Of a stretch of 64,000 bases of DNA, positions 14,293-27,200 are shown in pieces. The DNA comes from Escherichia coli (GTDB lineage Bacteria; Pseudomonadota; Gammaproteobacteria; Enterobacterales; Enterobacteriaceae), in NCBI RefSeq assembly GCF_003334305.1, contig NZ_QOWS01000010.1; one strand, written 5' to 3'. Below the pieces are notes generated by a model that saw nothing but the letters and a program-made list of their open reading frames with translations, had not been told where the DNA came from and did no database searches. The position numbers and the translations under genes were made by a program. Position 1 is the stretch's first letter; every line of letters starts with the position of its first letter.

Positions 14293-14982
14293 TTAAAAGC
14301 GGGTTGAAAAACGATATCCTGTACCGCGCACGGTCTGCACCATGCGGTCATGCCCGCCGGGCTCCAGTGCTTTACGCAGGCGACGAATGTGGACATCGAC
14401 CGTGCGGTCTTCCACATACACGTTAGTTCCCCAGACGTGGTTTAACAGCTGCTCGCGGCTGTACACGCGCTCAGGATGCGTCATAAAAAAGTGCAGCAGT
14501 TTAAATTCTGTCGGCCCCATCTCCAGCGGCTCTTCGCCCGCCATCACCCGGTGAGATGTCGGGTCGAGACTTAATCCCTGCATCTCAATCACCTCTTCCA
14601 CCGCCATTGGCGAAATACGGCGCATTACCGCTTTGATTCGCGCCACCAGCTCCTTCGGCGAAAACGGCTTGGTGATATAGTCATCCGCGCCGGTTTCAAG
14701 GCCGCGCACGCGATCTTCTTCTTCCCCTCTGGCGGTCAACATCACCACTGGAATATCCCGGGTCATCGACTCGCGCTTGAGGTGTTTGATGAACTGGATA
14801 CCGGAGCCGCCAGGTAACATCCAGTCAAGGAGAATTAAATCCGGCCAGGGTTCATTCAGTTGATTCACAGCACTGTCATAATCTTCCGCTTCGACCGGCT
14901 GAAAGCCATTTTGTTCGAGCACGAAGCAGACCATTTCGCGAATTGGAGCTTCATCTTCTACGACCAGAATACGTCTCGCCAT
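14293..14982 (-). CDS. phoB: phosphate regulon response regulator PhoB
   Basis: 229-aa [20 protein letters not shown]..., receiver plus winged-helix OmpR-type domain; recognised PhoB. Confidence 0.95.
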
Positions 14983-15029
14983 GATTTGCCCTGTTGTAAT
15001 AAATAGGTTGCGATCATTAATGCGACGTC

Positions 15030-15065
15030 ATTATGCGTCAGATTTATGACAGATTTATGAAAAGC
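15030..15065 (-). promoter_or_regulatory. Pho box in phoB promoter
   Basis: minus-strand reads ...TTTTCATAAATCTGTCATAAATCTGACGCATAATGACG..., tandem CTGTCAT-type repeats upstream of phoB. Confidence 0.7.
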
Positions 15066-15171
15066 TCGTCGCACATATCTTCAGGTTATTGATTTCCGTG
15101 GCGCAGAAAAAAGCAAATGGCACATCTGTTTGGGTATAATCGCGCCCATGCTTTTTCGCCAGGGAATCGTT

Positions 15172-16374
15172 ATGCGCATCCTTCACACCTCAGACTGGCA
15201 TCTCGGCCAGAACTTCTACAGTAAAAGCCGCGAAGCTGAACATCAGGCTTTTCTTGACTGGCTGCTGGAAACAGCACAAACCCATCAGGTGGATGCGATT
15301 ATTGTTGCTGGTGATGTTTTCGATACCGGCTCGCCGCCCAGTTACGCCCGCACGTTATACAACCGTTTTGTTGTCAATTTACAGCAAACTGGCTGTCATC
15401 TGGTGGTACTGGCAGGAAACCATGACTCGGTCGCCACGCTGAATGAATCGCGCGATATCATGGCGTTCCTCAATACGACCGTGGTCGCCAGCGCCGGACA
15501 TGCGCCGCAAATCTTGCCTCGTCGCGACGGGACGCCAGGCGCAGTGCTGTGCCCCATTCCGTTTTTACGTCCGCGTGACATTATTACCAGCCAGGCGGGG
15601 CTTAACGGTATTGAAAAACAGCAGCATTTACTGGCAGCGATTACCGATTATTACCAACAACAATATGCCGATGCCTGCAAACTGCGCGGCGATCAGCCTC
15701 TGCCCATCATCGCCACGGGACACTTAACGACCGTGGGTGCCAGTAAAAGTGACGCCGTGCGTGACATTTATATTGGCACGCTGGACGCGTTTCCAGCACA
15801 AAACTTTCCACCAGCCGACTACATCGCGCTCGGGCATATTCACCGCGCACAGATTATTGGCGGCATGGAACATGTTCGCTATTGCGGCTCTCCCATTCCA
15901 CTGAGTTTTGATGAATGCGGAAAGAGTAAATATGTCCATCTGGTGACATTTTCAAACGGCAAATTAGAGAGCGTGGAAAACCTGAACGTACCGGTAACGC
16001 AACCCATGGCGGTGCTGAAAGGCGATCTGGCGTCGATTACCGCACAGCTGGAACAGTGGCGCGATGTATCACAGGAGCCGCCTGTCTGGCTGGATATCGA
16101 AATCACTACTGATGAGTATCTGCATGATATTCAGCGCAAAATCCAGGCATTAACCGAATCATTGCCTGTTGAAGTATTGCTGGTACGCCGGAGTCGTGAA
16201 CAGCGCGAGCGTGTGTTAGCCAGCCAACAGCGTGAAACCCTCAGCGAACTCAGCGTCGAAGAGGTGTTCAATCGCCGTCTGGCACTGGAAGAACTGGATG
16301 AATCGCAGCAGCAACGTCTGCAGCATCTTTTCACCACGACGTTGCATACCCTCGCCGGAGAACACGAAGCATGA
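15172..16374 (+). CDS. sbcD: SbcCD nuclease subunit D (Mre11-like phosphoesterase)
   Basis: ORF 15130..16374 (TTG); true ATG at 15172 after agggaa RBS gives [16 protein letters not shown]... 400 aa; recognised SbcD. Confidence 0.92.
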   Translation: MRILHTSDWHLGQNFYSKSREAEHQAFLDWLLETAQTHQVDAIIVAGDVFDTGSPPSYARTLYNRFVVNLQQTGCHLVVLAGNHDSVATLNESRDIMAFLNTTVVASAGHAPQILPRRDGTPGAVLCPIPFLRPRDIITSQAGLNGIEKQQHLLAAITDYYQQQYADACKLRGDQPLPIIATGHLTTVGASKSDAVRDIYIGTLDAFPAQNFPPADYIALGHIHRAQIIGGMEHVRYCGSPIPLSFDECGKSKYVHLVTFSNGKLESVENLNVPVTQPMAVLKGDLASITAQLEQWRDVSQEPPVWLDIEITTDEYLHDIQRKIQALTESLPVEVLLVRRSREQRERVLASQQRETLSELSVEEVFNRRLALEELDESQQQRLQHLFTTTLHTLAGEHEA

Positions 16375-19300
16375 AAATTCTCAGCCTGCGCCTGAAAAAC
16401 CTGAACTCATTAAAAGGCGAATGGAAGATTGATTTCACCCGCGAGCCGTTCGCCAGCAACGGGCTGTTTGCTATTACCGGCCCAACAGGTGCGGGGAAAA
16501 CCACCCTGCTGGACGCCATTTGTCTGGCGCTGTATCACGAAACTCCGCGTCTCTCTAACGTTTCACAATCGCAAAATGATCTCATGACCCGCGATACCGC
16601 CGAATGTCTGGCGGAGGTGGAGTTTGAAGTGAAAGGTGAAGCGTACCGTGCATTCTGGAGCCAGAATCGGGCGCGTAACCAACCCGACGGTAATTTGCAG
16701 GTGCCACGCGTAGAGCTGGCGCGCTGCGCCGACGGCAAAATTCTCGCCGACAAAGTGAAAGATAAGCTGGAACTGACAGCGACGTTAACCGGGCTGGATT
16801 ACGGGCGCTTCACCCGTTCGATGCTGCTTTCGCAGGGGCAATTTGCTGCCTTCCTGAATGCCAAACCCAAAGAACGCGCGGAATTGCTCGAGGAGTTAAC
16901 CGGCACTGAAATCTACGGGCAAATCTCGGCGATGGTTTTTGAGCAGCACAAATCGGCCCGCACAGAGCTGGAGAAGCTGCAAGCGCAGGCCAGCGGCGTC
17001 GCGTTGCTCACGCCGGAACAAGTGCAATCGCTGACAGCGAGTTTGCAGGTACTTACTGACGAAGAAAAACAGTTACTTACCGCGCAGCAGCAAGAACAAC
17101 AATCACTAAACTGGTTAACGCGTCTGGACGAATTGCAGCAAGAAGCCAGCCGCCGTCAGCAGGCCTTGCAACAGGCGTTAGCCGAAGAAGAAAAAGCGCA
17201 ACCTCAACTGGCGGCGCTCAGTCTGGCACAACCGGCACGAAATCTTCGTCCGCACTGGGAACGCATCGCAGAACACAGCGCGGCGCTGGCGCATACTCGC
17301 CAGCAGATTGAAGAAGTAAATACTCGCTTACAGAGCACAATGGCGCTTCGCGCGAGCATTCGCCACCACGCGGCGAATCAGTCAGCAGAATTACAGCAGC
17401 AGCAACAAAGCCTGAATACCTGGTTACAGGAACACGACCGCTTCCGTCAGTGGAACAACGAACTGGCGGGTTGGCGTGCGCAGTTCTCCCAACAAACCAG
17501 CGATCGCGAGCATCTGCGGCAATGGCAGCAACAGTTAACCCATGCTGAGCAAAAACTTAATACGCTTGCGGCGATCACGTTGACGTTAACCGCCGATGAA
17601 GTTGCTAGCGCCCTGGCGCAACATGCCGAGCAACGCCCACTGCGTCAGCGCCTGGTCGCGCTGCATGGGCAGATTGTTCCCCAACAAAAACGTCTGGCGC
17701 AGTTAATGGTCACTATCCAGAATGTCACTCTGGAACAGACGCAACGTAATGTCGCACTTAACGAAATGCGCCAGCGTTATAAAGAAAAGACGCAGCAACT
17801 TGCCGATGTGAAAACCATTTGCGAGCAGGAAGCGCGCATCAAAACGCTGGAAGCCCAGCGTGCACAGTTACAGGCGGGTCAGCCTTGTCCACTTTGTGGT
17901 TCCACCAGCCATCCGGCGGTCGAGGCGTATCAGGCGCTGGAGCCTGGCGTTAATCAGTCTCGATTACTGGCGCTGGAAAACGAAGTTAAAAAGCTCGGCG
18001 AAGAAGGTGCGGCGCTGCGCGGGCAACTGGATGCATTAACGAAGCAGCTTCAGCGCGATGAAAACGAAGCGCAAAGCCTCCGACAAGATGAGCAAGCACT
18101 TACTCAACAATGGCAAGCCGTCACGGCCAGCCTCAATATCACCTTGCAGCCACAGGACGATATTCAACCGTGGCTGGATGCACAAGATAAGCACGAACGC
18201 CAGCTGCGGTTACTCAGCCAACGACATGAATTACAAGGGCAGATTGCCGCGCATAATCAGCAAATTATCCAGTATCAACAGCAAATTGAACAACGCCAGC
18301 AGCAGCTCTTAACGGCATTGGCGGGTTATGCACTGACATTGCCACAGGAAGATGAAGAAGAGAGCTGGTTGGCGACACGTCAGCAAGAAGCGCAGAGCTG
18401 GCAGCAACGCCAGAACGAATTAACCGCGCTGCAAAACCGTATTCAGCAGCTGACGCCGATTCTGGAAACGTTGCCGCAAAGTGATGATCTCCCGCACAGC
18501 GAAGAAACTGTGGCGCTGGATAACTGGCGGCAGGTTCATGAACAATGTCTCGCATTACACAGCCAGCAGCAGACGTTACAGCAACAGGATGTTCTGGCGG
18601 CGCAAAGTCTGCAAAAAGCCCAGGCGCAGTTTGACACCGCGCTACAGGCCAGCGTCTTTGACGATCAGCAGGCGTTCCTTGCGGCGCTAATGGATGAACA
18701 AACACTAACGCAGCTGGAACAGCTCAAGCAGAATCTGGAAAACCAGCGCCGTCAGGCGCAAACGCTGGTCACTCAGACAGCAGAAACGCTGGCACAGCAT
18801 CAACAACACCGACCTGACGGGTTGGCTCTCACTGTGACGGTGGAGCAGATTCAGCAAGAGTTAGCGCAAACTCACCAAAAGTTGCGTGAAAACACCACGA
18901 GTCAAGGCGAGATTCGCCAGCAGCTGAAGCAGGATGCAGATAACCGTCAGCAACAACAAACCTTAATGCAGCAAATTGCTCAAATGACGCAGCAGGTTGA
19001 GGACTGGGGATATCTGAATTCGCTAATAGGTTCCAAAGAGGGCGATAAATTCCGCAAGTTTGCCCAGGGGCTGACGCTGGATAATTTAGTCCATCTCGCT
19101 AATCAGCAACTTACCCGGCTGCACGGGCGCTATCTGTTACAGCGCAAAGCCAGCGAGGCGCTGGAAGTCGAGGTTGTTGATACCTGGCAGGCAGATGCGG
19201 TACGCGATACCCGTACCCTTTCCGGCGGCGAAAGTTTCCTCGTTAGTCTGGCGCTGGCGCTGGCGCTTTCGGATCTGGTCAGCCATAAAACACGTATTGA

Positions 19301-19514
19301 CTCGCTGTTCCTTGATGAAGGTTTTGGCACGCTGGATAGCGAAACGCTGGATACCGCCCTTGATGCGCTGGATGCCCTGAACGCCAGTGGCAAAACCATC
19401 GGTGTGATTAGCCACGTAGAAGCGATGAAAGAGCGTATTCCGGTGCAGATCAAAGTGAAAAAGATCAACGGCCTGGGCTACAGCAAACTGGAAAGTACGT
19501 TTGCAGTGAAATAA
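16371..19514 (+). CDS. sbcC: SbcCD nuclease ATPase subunit C (Rad50-like)
   Basis: 1047-aa ORF overlapping sbcD stop (ATGA); N-terminal Walker [10 protein letters not shown], long Q-rich coiled coil with central CPLCG zinc hook, C-terminal signature/Walker B; recognised SbcC. Confidence 0.95.
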   Translation: MKILSLRLKNLNSLKGEWKIDFTREPFASNGLFAITGPTGAGKTTLLDAICLALYHETPRLSNVSQSQNDLMTRDTAECLAEVEFEVKGEAYRAFWSQNRARNQPDGNLQVPRVELARCADGKILADKVKDKLELTATLTGLDYGRFTRSMLLSQGQFAAFLNAKPKERAELLEELTGTEIYGQISAMVFEQHKSARTELEKLQAQASGVALLTPEQVQSLTASLQVLTDEEKQLLTAQQQEQQSLNWLTRLDELQQEASRRQQALQQALAEEEKAQPQLAALSLAQPARNLRPHWERIAEHSAALAHTRQQIEEVNTRLQSTMALRASIRHHAANQSAELQQQQQSLNTWLQEHDRFRQWNNELAGWRAQFSQQTSDREHLRQWQQQLTHAEQKLNTLAAITLTLTADEVASALAQHAEQRPLRQRLVALHGQIVPQQKRLAQLMVTIQNVTLEQTQRNVALNEMRQRYKEKTQQLADVKTICEQEARIKTLEAQRAQLQAGQPCPLCGSTSHPAVEAYQALEPGVNQSRLLALENEVKKLGEEGAALRGQLDALTKQLQRDENEAQSLRQDEQALTQQWQAVTASLNITLQPQDDIQPWLDAQDKHERQLRLLSQRHELQGQIAAHNQQIIQYQQQIEQRQQQLLTALAGYALTLPQEDEEESWLATRQQEAQSWQQRQNELTALQNRIQQLTPILETLPQSDDLPHSEETVALDNWRQVHEQCLALHSQQQTLQQQDVLAAQSLQKAQAQFDTALQASVFDDQQAFLAALMDEQTLTQLEQLKQNLENQRRQAQTLVTQTAETLAQHQQHRPDGLALTVTVEQIQQELAQTHQKLRENTTSQGEIRQQLKQDADNRQQQQTLMQQIAQMTQQVEDWGYLNSLIGSKEGDKFRKFAQGLTLDNLVHLANQQLTRLHGRYLLQRKASEALEVEVVDTWQADAVRDTRTLSGGESFLVSLALALALSDLVSHKTRIDSLFLDEGFGTLDSETLDTALDALDALNASGKTIGVISHVEAMKERIPVQIKVKKINGLGYSKLESTFAVK

Positions 19515-19639
19515 CTATTCAGCAGGATAATGAATACAGAGGGGCGAATTATCTCTTGGCCTTGCTGGTCGTTATCCTGCAAGCTATCACTTTATTGGCT
19601 ACGGTGATTGGTAGCCGTTCTGGTGGTTGTGATGGTGGT

Positions 19640-20824
19640 ATGAAAAAAGTCATTTTATCTTTGGCTCTGGGCACGTTTGGTTTGGGGATGGCCGAATTTG
19701 GCATTATGGGCGTGCTCACGGAGCTGGCGCATAACGTAGGAATTTCGATTCCTGCTGCCGGGCATATGATCTCGTATTATGCACTGGGGGTGGTGGTCGG
19801 TGCGCCAATCATCGCACTCTTTTCCAGCCGCTACTCACTCAAACATATCTTGTTGTTTCTGGTGGCGTTGTGCGTCATTGGCAACGCCATGTTCACGCTC
19901 TCTTCGTCTTACCTGATGCTCGCCATTGGTCGGCTGGTATCCGGCTTTCCGCATGGCGCATTTTTTGGCGTCGGAGCGATCGTGTTATCAAAAATTATCA
20001 AACCCGGAAAAGTCACCGCCGCCGTGGCGGGGATGGTTTCCGGGATGACAGTCGCCAATTTGCTGGGCATTCCGCTGGGAACGTATTTAAGTCAGGAATT
20101 TAGCTGGCGTTACACCTTTTTATTGATCGCTGTTTTTAATATTGCGGTGATGGCATCGGTCTATTTTTGGGTGCCGGATATTCGCGACGAGGCGAAAGGA
20201 AAGCTGCGCGAACAATTTCACTTTTTGCGCAGCCCGGCCCCGTGGTTAATTTTCGCCGCCACCATGTTTGGCAACGCAGGTGTGTTTGCCTGGTTCAGCT
20301 ACGTAAAGCCATACATGATGTTTATTTCCGGTTTTTCGGAAACGGCGATGACCTTTATTATGATGTTAGTTGGGCTAGGGATGGTGCTGGGAAATATGCT
20401 AAGTGGCAGGATTTCAGGACGTTATTCACCACTGCGCATTGCAGCAGTGACTGACTTTATAATTGTACTGGCACTGCTGATGCTCTTTTTCTGCGGCGGC
20501 ATGAAAACAACGTCGCTTATTTTTGCTTTTATTTGTTGCGCGGGATTATTTGCCCTTTCAGCACCGCTACAAATATTGTTACTACAAAACGCCAAAGGCG
20601 GAGAGTTATTAGGTGCCGCAGGTGGGCAAATAGCGTTTAACCTCGGTAGCGCCGTCGGCGCATATTGCGGTGGTATGATGCTGACGCTGGGGCTGGCATA
20701 TAATTACGTGGCGCTGCCTGCCGCCCTGCTTTCGTTTGCTGCGATGTCGTCGTTGCTGCTGTATGGTCGCTATAAGCGCCAGCAAGCGGCGGATAGTCCG
20801 GTGCTGGCGAAACCACTGGGGTAG
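19640..20824 (+). CDS. araJ: MFS transporter AraJ
   Basis: ORF 19556..20824; start refined to ATG 19640 (MKKVILSLALGTFGLGMAEF...) giving 394 aa; recognised AraJ. Confidence 0.9.
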   Translation: MKKVILSLALGTFGLGMAEFGIMGVLTELAHNVGISIPAAGHMISYYALGVVVGAPIIALFSSRYSLKHILLFLVALCVIGNAMFTLSSSYLMLAIGRLVSGFPHGAFFGVGAIVLSKIIKPGKVTAAVAGMVSGMTVANLLGIPLGTYLSQEFSWRYTFLLIAVFNIAVMASVYFWVPDIRDEAKGKLREQFHFLRSPAPWLIFAATMFGNAGVFAWFSYVKPYMMFISGFSETAMTFIMMLVGLGMVLGNMLSGRISGRYSPLRIAAVTDFIIVLALLMLFFCGGMKTTSLIFAFICCAGLFALSAPLQILLLQNAKGGELLGAAGGQIAFNLGSAVGAYCGGMMLTLGLAYNYVALPAALLSFAAMSSLLLYGRYKRQQAADSPVLAKPLG

Positions 20825-20851
20825 GTTATAGTCTCGGTGCTCATTACTTAT

Positions 20852-20955
20852 TGCCGGATGCGGCGTGAACGCCTTATCCGCCCTACGCGGTTCTGGCACA
20901 TTTTGCAGGCCTGATAAGACGCGGCAAGCGTCGCATCAGGCATGATGCGCCAATT
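20852..20955. repeat. REP/BIME cluster between araJ and mak
   Basis: tandem palindromic units gccggatgcggcgtgaacgccttatccg... and ...gataagacgcggcaagcgtcgcatcagg. Confidence 0.75.
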
Positions 20956-20966
20956 GCCTACGTTTT

Positions 20967-21875
20967 TTACTCTTGTGGCCATAACCACGCAGCGCCGCGT
21001 ACGCCGCTGGAATCACCGTGCTTCGCCTTACGCACCGGCGTTTCACATTCGCCGCCGAAGACAAATTGTTTAATCAACTGCCCAACCGTTTGATATAAAC
21101 GGTCTACATTGCTCATCCCGCCCCCCAGGACAATCACATCCGGATCGAGAATATTCACGACATGTGCCAGCGATTTTGCCAGCCGCAGCTCGTAGCGACG
21201 CAATGCCAGTTCCGCTACCGGATCGCTTTCTTCAACCAGGCGGATAATTTCACTGCCTTTCAGCGCATGTCCGCTCAAACGACGATAATCCGTCGCGAAT
21301 CCCGTGCCCGAAATAAAGGTTTCAATACAACCTTGTTTACCGCAATAACAAGGGACTTCCTCGCGATAACGCAGTTCGTCTTCGTCCATCCACGGTAGCG
21401 GATTGTGTCCCCACTCACCTGCCGTGCCATTGCCGCCGATATGCGCCCGCCCATTGAATGCCACGCCCGCGCCGCATCCCGTGCCGATAATCACGGCAAA
21501 TACTGTCTGCGCTCCCGCTGCCGCGCCATCTACTGCTTCTGAAACCGCCAGACAGTTGGCGTCATTTGCCAGCCGCACTTCCCGCTGCAACCTCGCGCTT
21601 AAGTCTTTATCGAATGGCTGACCGTTGAGCCAGGTTGAATTGGCATTCTTCACCACACCGGTGTAAGGCGAAATTGAGCCAGGAATGCCCATACCTACCG
21701 TTCCGCGCTGCCCTGTCGCCTGCTCCGCCATATCAACCAACGTGGCGATCGTTTCAATAGTTTGCCGGTAATCATCACGCGGCGTGGGCAGACGATGGCG
21801 GTACAACTGCTCCCCTGCATCGCCCAGTGCAATCACTTCAGTTTTGGTGCCGCCTAAATCGATACCTATACGCAC
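20967..21875 (-). CDS. mak: fructokinase / manno(fructo)kinase (ROK family)
   Basis: ORF 20967..22013; start refined to GTG (cac at 21873-21875) giving 302 aa [14 protein letters not shown]...; recognised Mak. Confidence 0.9.
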   Translation of the reverse strand: MRIGIDLGGTKTEVIALGDAGEQLYRHRLPTPRDDYRQTIETIATLVDMAEQATGQRGTVGMGIPGSISPYTGVVKNANSTWLNGQPFDKDLSARLQREVRLANDANCLAVSEAVDGAAAGAQTVFAVIIGTGCGAGVAFNGRAHIGGNGTAGEWGHNPLPWMDEDELRYREEVPCYCGKQGCIETFISGTGFATDYRRLSGHALKGSEIIRLVEESDPVAELALRRYELRLAKSLAHVVNILDPDVIVLGGGMSNVDRLYQTVGQLIKQFVFGGECETPVRKAKHGDSSGVRGAAWLWPQE

Positions 21876-21999
21876 GGTACTCTCCTTATTTTTTTCAATA
21901 TCAATAGCGTAGAGACGGACAACCGGATTGGCAATGCAAGGCCGCCGACAATTCGTTATCATGCCCGCTAAATTTAACGACAAGGCCGTGGAAATTATC

Positions 22000-22911
22000 A
22001 TGCTGTGGTTCAAAAATTTAATGGTTTACCGTCTTAGCCGCGAGATTTCGCTGCGTGCAGAAGAGATGGAAAAACAGCTAGCCTCGATGGCATTTACCCC
22101 ATGCGGCAGCCAGGACATGGCGAAGATGGGCTGGGTTCCTCCGATGGGATCGCACAGCGATGCGTTAACGCACGTTGCCAATGGTCAAATTGTTATCTGC
22201 GCACGCAAAGAAGAAAAAATCCTCCCGTCTCCGGTGATTAAACAGGCGCTGGAAGCGAAAATCGCCAAACTGGAAGCGGAACAGGCGCGTAAGCTGAAGA
22301 AAACCGAAAAAGATTCGCTGAAAGACGAAGTGCTGCACTCTCTGCTGCCGCGAGCTTTCAGCCGTTTTAGCCAGACAATGATGTGGATCGACACGGTTAA
22401 TGGTTTGATTATGGTGGACTGCGCCAGCGCCAAAAAAGCGGAAGATACGCTGGCATTACTGCGTAAAAGCCTGGGGTCGTTACCTGTTGTACCATTGAGC
22501 ATGGAAAACCCGATTGAACTGACGCTAACCGAATGGGTTCGCTCCGGTAGCGCAGCACAGGGCTTCCAGTTGCTTGATGAAGCCGAGCTGAAATCGTTGC
22601 TGGAAGATGGCGGCGTGATCCGCGCGAAGAAACAAGATCTGACCAGCGAAGAGATCACCAATCACATCGAAGCCGGAAAAGTGGTGACTAAACTGGCGCT
22701 CGACTGGCAGCAGCGCATTCAGTTTGTGATGTGCGACGATGGTTCGCTCAAGCGTCTGAAGTTCTGCGACGAGCTGCGCGATCAAAACGAAGATATCGAC
22801 CGTGAAGATTTCGCCCAGCGTTTTGATGCCGATTTCATCCTGATGACTGGTGAACTGGCAGCGTTAATTCAAAACCTGATTGAAGGATTAGGTGGCGAAG
22901 CACAACGTTAA
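22000..22911 (+). CDS. rdgC: recombination-associated protein RdgC
   Basis: ORF 21928..22911; start refined to ATG 22000 ([16 protein letters not shown]...) giving 303 aa; recognised RdgC. Confidence 0.93.
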
Positions 22912-22928
22912 TTGCTGATTTTCCTTTA

Positions 22929-22966
22929 ATGCCGGATGCGACGCCTGCCGCGTCTTATCCGGCGTA
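22929..22966. repeat. REP element downstream of rdgC
   Basis: tgccggatgcgacgcctgccgcgtcttatccggcgtac palindromic unit. Confidence 0.65.
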
Positions 22967-23068
22967 CGATGCCACACCAGGCATATAATTATTCGCTACG
23001 GCGGGCAATAATTTTTAGCGCAGCAATATTATGCGTTTTATGCTGTAACTTGCTCCATGGACGTTGTG

Positions 23069-23350
23069 TCATTGTTTTTCCTCAAGCCAGTGACGCGCTT
23101 CACTGCGAATTTTCCGCATTGCCCCGGTTTTCACTAAATCCCGTAACAGCGAAAGATCGGGTTGTTCGACAAATAAGAGTAATGATGGATCCTCTTTTAA
23201 CCACGTCGTTTTCACATCGGCAGCGAGCTGTGGATTATTCATAGCTAGCGACCGATGCCGAGACTCGGTCAATGTCGTTAACAACGACGCCGGGGTATGT
23301 GCGTTGCGTAATGCCGTTTGGCGCAAATGATCATTGCGACTTTGCAGCAA
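23069..23350 (-). CDS. small hypothetical protein (position corresponds to K-12 ykiA)
   Basis: 93-aa ORF between rdgC and ppnP; no recognisable domain; assignment by position only. Confidence 0.35.
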   Translation of the reverse strand: MLQSRNDHLRQTALRNAHTPASLLTTLTESRHRSLAMNNPQLAADVKTTWLKEDPSLLLFVEQPDLSLLRDLVKTGAMRKIRSEARHWLEEKQ

Positions 23351-23557
23351 TGCACGCCACCATTCATCATCTGATTTATCTTTTATCGTAGCCAGTTCCG
23401 CAACAATATCTGGAGATCTTCACTGATATTTATATCAACCTTGATGAATTATGAATATATCGGAAATTGAAAAAATCGCAGCAAAGGAAATATTATTATG
23501 GGTTAAAGAGAGGATATTTCAGAAAAATGCCCTCCCGTTCAAGGGGAAGGCGAGGAA

Positions 23558-23842
23558 TTACAGATAGCGACACAGATAAGAGGTGGGTTCGGCAACTTGC
23601 AGATGAAACTCACTGTGACCGGGAACATTAAACACCGAACCGGCTTCATACACCTGCCAGTCGGTCGCGTCAGGCAGTAACACATTCAGCGCGCCACTGA
23701 TTACCGTCATCTCTTCCGGCTCAGCGGTGCTGAAGGTGTATTCGCCTTCAACCATAACACCCACGCTGGCGCGACCAGTGCTGCTGCTGGAAAAGCCGAT
23801 TGATTTCACTTTGCCGGAAAAGTACTCATTACTTTGAAGCAT
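23558..23842 (-). CDS. ppnP: pyrimidine/purine nucleoside phosphorylase PpnP (YaiE, cupin-like)
   Basis: 94-aa [22 protein letters not shown]... recognised as YaiE/PpnP. Confidence 0.88.
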
Positions 23843-23913
23843 AAACTGGCCCTGTCTGGTAGTTGAACATCTACTTCACTATAGGGGCCAGAGGCGCTGG
23901 CTGTCACGCAAAA

Positions 23914-24591
23914 TTACACCAGTAATTCCGCAGCCAGCCGTGCAATCAATACGTTAGACAGCAAGACAGGAACATCGAGCTGTTTTTGTAGTAAATCGCG
24001 ATGACGTTGGTGAAATCCTAAACAATCCAGCATGATGACATCAGCCCCTTTTGCCAGTAATTCTTTCCCGGCATCAATGATTTTTTGTTCTGAATCATGA
24101 ATGGGGTTACCCAATGAAAATACCGGCGATTTCTGCAAAATTTGCCATTTTTGCGCCTGAACGGGCAGCATCTCCTCAACCGGAACGATAACCCCCACCT
24201 GATGATCTTCAACAATAGAGGAAACCAGTGGAGGCAATATTCGCGACGGCTCAAGAAAGATCGTATTACGCGCAGTCATACTACTAATGTTTGCTGTACT
24301 CATTAATAAAATGACGTCATAACCCTGATTATCGAGCACTTCAACCACACCTTGCAGGTCTCGCTCCACTTTACGACGCGAAACATGGGCCAGCTGGTTG
24401 TCATTTAATAATGTGAGAATGGTGTCTTCGCCTGCTTCTGGCGCGTACTCCGCCATCACTTCTTCACGACTTAACTTCCCCAGCAGGCTATGATGGGAAA
24501 TATTATCTTCGTCAATGTATTCCGTCAGGAGCGGCAAAACCTCCTGCATAGGTACAATGCCGATGGTCAGGATCGCCAACGACGCACTCAT
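23914..24591 (-). CDS. aroM: AroM family protein
   Basis: 225-aa ORF recognised as AroM; last gene of aroL-yaiA-aroM. Confidence 0.9.
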
Positions 24592-24848
24592 TGTTCATCC
24601 ACCTTACTTTTCTTTCGTCGTTAATTACCGGGCAAGTGTGAAGCACCACTGCTGACACTTACTTGTGCTACAAATGACAAAAAGCGTAGCAGCAGACGTG
24701 CACGGCATAATGTAAAGATTCCAAATGATTCCAGTAATGGATTGTTATTGTTTAATATTCTAATTATTAGAAAAACATGAATTATGAAAAATGTGACGCA
24801 GATCCCTTGTAGTGGCACTCAGAATCCCTTCCGAGCAGTCTGATGCGG

Positions 24849-25049
<201 letters not shown>

Positions 25050-25089
25050 TTATTTCACGGGATGAACGTTAAGTATAGGCGCTCTAAAA

Positions 25090-25614
25090 TCAACAATTGA
25101 TCGTCTGTGCCAGGGCGCTACGAATTTCAGAAATCACCTGGCTGGGTTCGTTTGTTGCGTCGATGATAATATGCGCAACTTCGCGATATAGCGCATCGCG
25201 TTCTTCCAGCACTTCCTGAACTTCTTCGCTCAGCGGTTTTCCCGTTAAGGTTGGCCGTAAATCTTCTTCCGGTGCAGCTTGCAGTCGGTTAACCAGGACT
25301 GATACTGGCGCACACAAATAAACCACGATCCCGTTATTTTGCATAAAGTGACGATTAAATTCCGTCAGAATAATGCCGCCGCCTGTAGCGATAACGGTGG
25401 ATGGCGCAGTTACCGCTTCCAGCGCCGCCGTTTCTCTGGCGCGAAATCCCGCCCACTCTTCCCTTTCGACGATCTCCGCGACCGTCATATTGAGCTGTGA
25501 TTGCAACCACTGATCGGTATCGACAAACCGACGGTTAAGCGAATCGGCAAGGGCCATTCCGACCGTTGTTTTACCACAGCCCCGAGGCCCGATCAGAAAA
25601 AGAGGTTGTGTCAT
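25090..25614 (-). CDS. aroL: shikimate kinase II
   Basis: 174-aa ORF with P-loop GPRGCGKTT; recognised AroL. Confidence 0.95.
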
Positions 25615-25701
25615 CGTGGGTTTTCCCCAATAGGTCGCAATGCGGCGAAAGCCGGTGTCATGAGAATAGCGATCATACCATCAAACTAGTACAATTTCGA
25701 T

Positions 25702-25795
25702 TGTAAAGAAAAAATTCCACTTAAAGTGAAAATCTCAATACATCCCTTACTATACCAATAAATATTCAAGAATGAAGTGTAAATAATAAATTACA
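25702..25795 (-). promoter_or_regulatory. aroL promoter region with TyrR-box-like and TrpR-like motifs
   Basis: TGTAAATAATAAATTACA (25778-25795) and TGTAAAGAAAAAATTCCA (25702-25719) fit TGTAAA-N6-TTTACA; ACTAGT core at 25684-25689. Confidence 0.55.
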
Positions 25796-25796
25796 T

Positions 25797-26255
25797 TTAG
25801 CCACGACTACGTTGCACTTCCAGCCACCACTTCTCCAGCTCCGCGGCAAAGGCCTGGCGGTCACGTTGTGAAAGGCTATCTGGTCCGCCGGTCTGGATCC
25901 CACTGGCACGTAAGGTATCCATAAAATCGCGCATCGTCAGGCGCTCACGAATGGTCGCTGGCGTGTAACGTTCGCCGCGCGGATTAAGCGCCGCTGCGCC
26001 TTTCTCGATGGCTTCAGCAGCCAAAGGTATATCTGCGGTGATCACCAAATCGCCCGCTTCACACTGCCGGACAATTTCGTTATCGGCAACGTCGAAACCT
26101 GCCGCGACGCGCAGCGTACGAATAAATCGCGATGGCGGCACGCGTAAACTCTGGTTTGCTACCAGTACCAGCGGCATCTGCATACGTTCCGCCGCGCGAT
26201 ACAAAATCTCTTTAATTACATTGGGACACGCGTCGGCATCCACCCAAATTGTCAT
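25797..26255 (-). CDS. yaiI: UPF0178 family protein YaiI
   Basis: ORF 25797..26375; start refined to ATG (cat 26253-26255) giving 152 aa [13 protein letters not shown]...; recognised YaiI. Confidence 0.85.
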   Translation of the reverse strand: MTIWVDADACPNVIKEILYRAAERMQMPLVLVANQSLRVPPSRFIRTLRVAAGFDVADNEIVRQCEAGDLVITADIPLAAEAIEKGAAALNPRGERYTPATIRERLTMRDFMDTLRASGIQTGGPDSLSQRDRQAFAAELEKWWLEVQRSRG

Positions 26256-26374
26256 AAAGTCATCCTTTGTTGGGTAATCCTCTATTGTGTCGCGCTTTTG
26301 CCTTCCGGCATAGTTCTGTTTATGCTTCTGCCAGCGATTATCAAAACAATGAATTTCACGGCAGGAGTGAGGCA

Positions 26375-27184
26375 ATGGAAAAGAAAATCGGTTTTATTGG
26401 CTGCGGCAATATGGGAAAAGCCATTCTCGGCGGTCTGATTGCCAGCGGTCAGGTGCTTCCAGGGCAAATCTGGGTATACACCCCCTCCCCGGATAAAGTC
26501 GCCGCCCTGCATGACCAGTTCGGCATCAACGCCGCAGAATCGGCGCAAGAAGTGGCGCAAATCGCCGACATCATTTTTGCTGCCGTTAAACCTGGCATCA
26601 TGATTAAAGTGCTTAGCGAAATCACCTCCAGCCTGAATAAAGACTCTCTGGTCGTTTCTATTGCTGCAGGTGTCACGCTCGACCAGCTTGCCCGCGCGCT
26701 GGGCCATGACCGGAAAATTATCCGCGCCATGCCGAACACTCCCGCGCTGGTTAATGCCGGGATGACCTCCGTAACGCCAAACGCGCTGGTAACCCCAGAA
26801 GATACCGCTGATGTGCTGAATATTTTCCGCTGCTTTGGCGAAGCGGAAGTAATTGCTGAGCCGATGATCCACCCGGTGGTCGGTGTGAGCGGTTCTTCGC
26901 CAGCCTACGTATTTATGTTTATCGAAGCGATGGCCGACGCCGCCGTGCTGGGCGGGATGCCACGCGCCCAGGCGTATAAATTTGCCGCTCAGGCGGTAAT
27001 GGGTTCCGCAAAAATGGTGCTGGAAACGGGAGAACATCCGGGGGCACTGAAAGATATGGTCTGCTCACCGGGAGGCACCACCATTGAAGCGGTACGCGTA
27101 CTGGAAGAGAAAGGCTTCCGTGCCGCAGTGATCGAAGCGATGACGAAGTGTATGGAAAAATCAGAAAAACTCAGCAAATCCTGA
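26375..27184 (+). CDS. proC: pyrroline-5-carboxylate reductase
   Basis: ORF 26267..27184; ATG 26375 after aggagtga RBS gives [20 protein letters not shown]... 269 aa; recognised ProC. Confidence 0.95.
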   Translation: MEKKIGFIGCGNMGKAILGGLIASGQVLPGQIWVYTPSPDKVAALHDQFGINAAESAQEVAQIADIIFAAVKPGIMIKVLSEITSSLNKDSLVVSIAAGVTLDQLARALGHDRKIIRAMPNTPALVNAGMTSVTPNALVTPEDTADVLNIFRCFGEAEVIAEPMIHPVVGVSGSSPAYVFMFIEAMADAAVLGGMPRAQAYKFAAQAVMGSAKMVLETGEHPGALKDMVCSPGGTTIEAVRVLEEKGFRAAVIEAMTKCMEKSEKLSKS

Positions 27185-27200
27185 TGACTTTCGCCGGACG

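Noticed and set aside
20852..20955. Possible CRISPR-like repeats
   Set aside because: Repeats are REP/BIME palindromic units (GCCGGATGCGGCG...CGCATCAGGC family) with irregular spacing and no regular spacer array; no cas genes in the window.
24621..24818. 65-aa ORF in the aroM-yaiA intergenic region
   Set aside because: Low-complexity (NNNN, FFIIHVFLII), AT-rich intergenic sequence, no RBS; likely non-coding.
26282..27037. 251-aa minus-strand ORF
   Set aside because: Fully inside and antisense to proC, which is confidently identified; no independent support.
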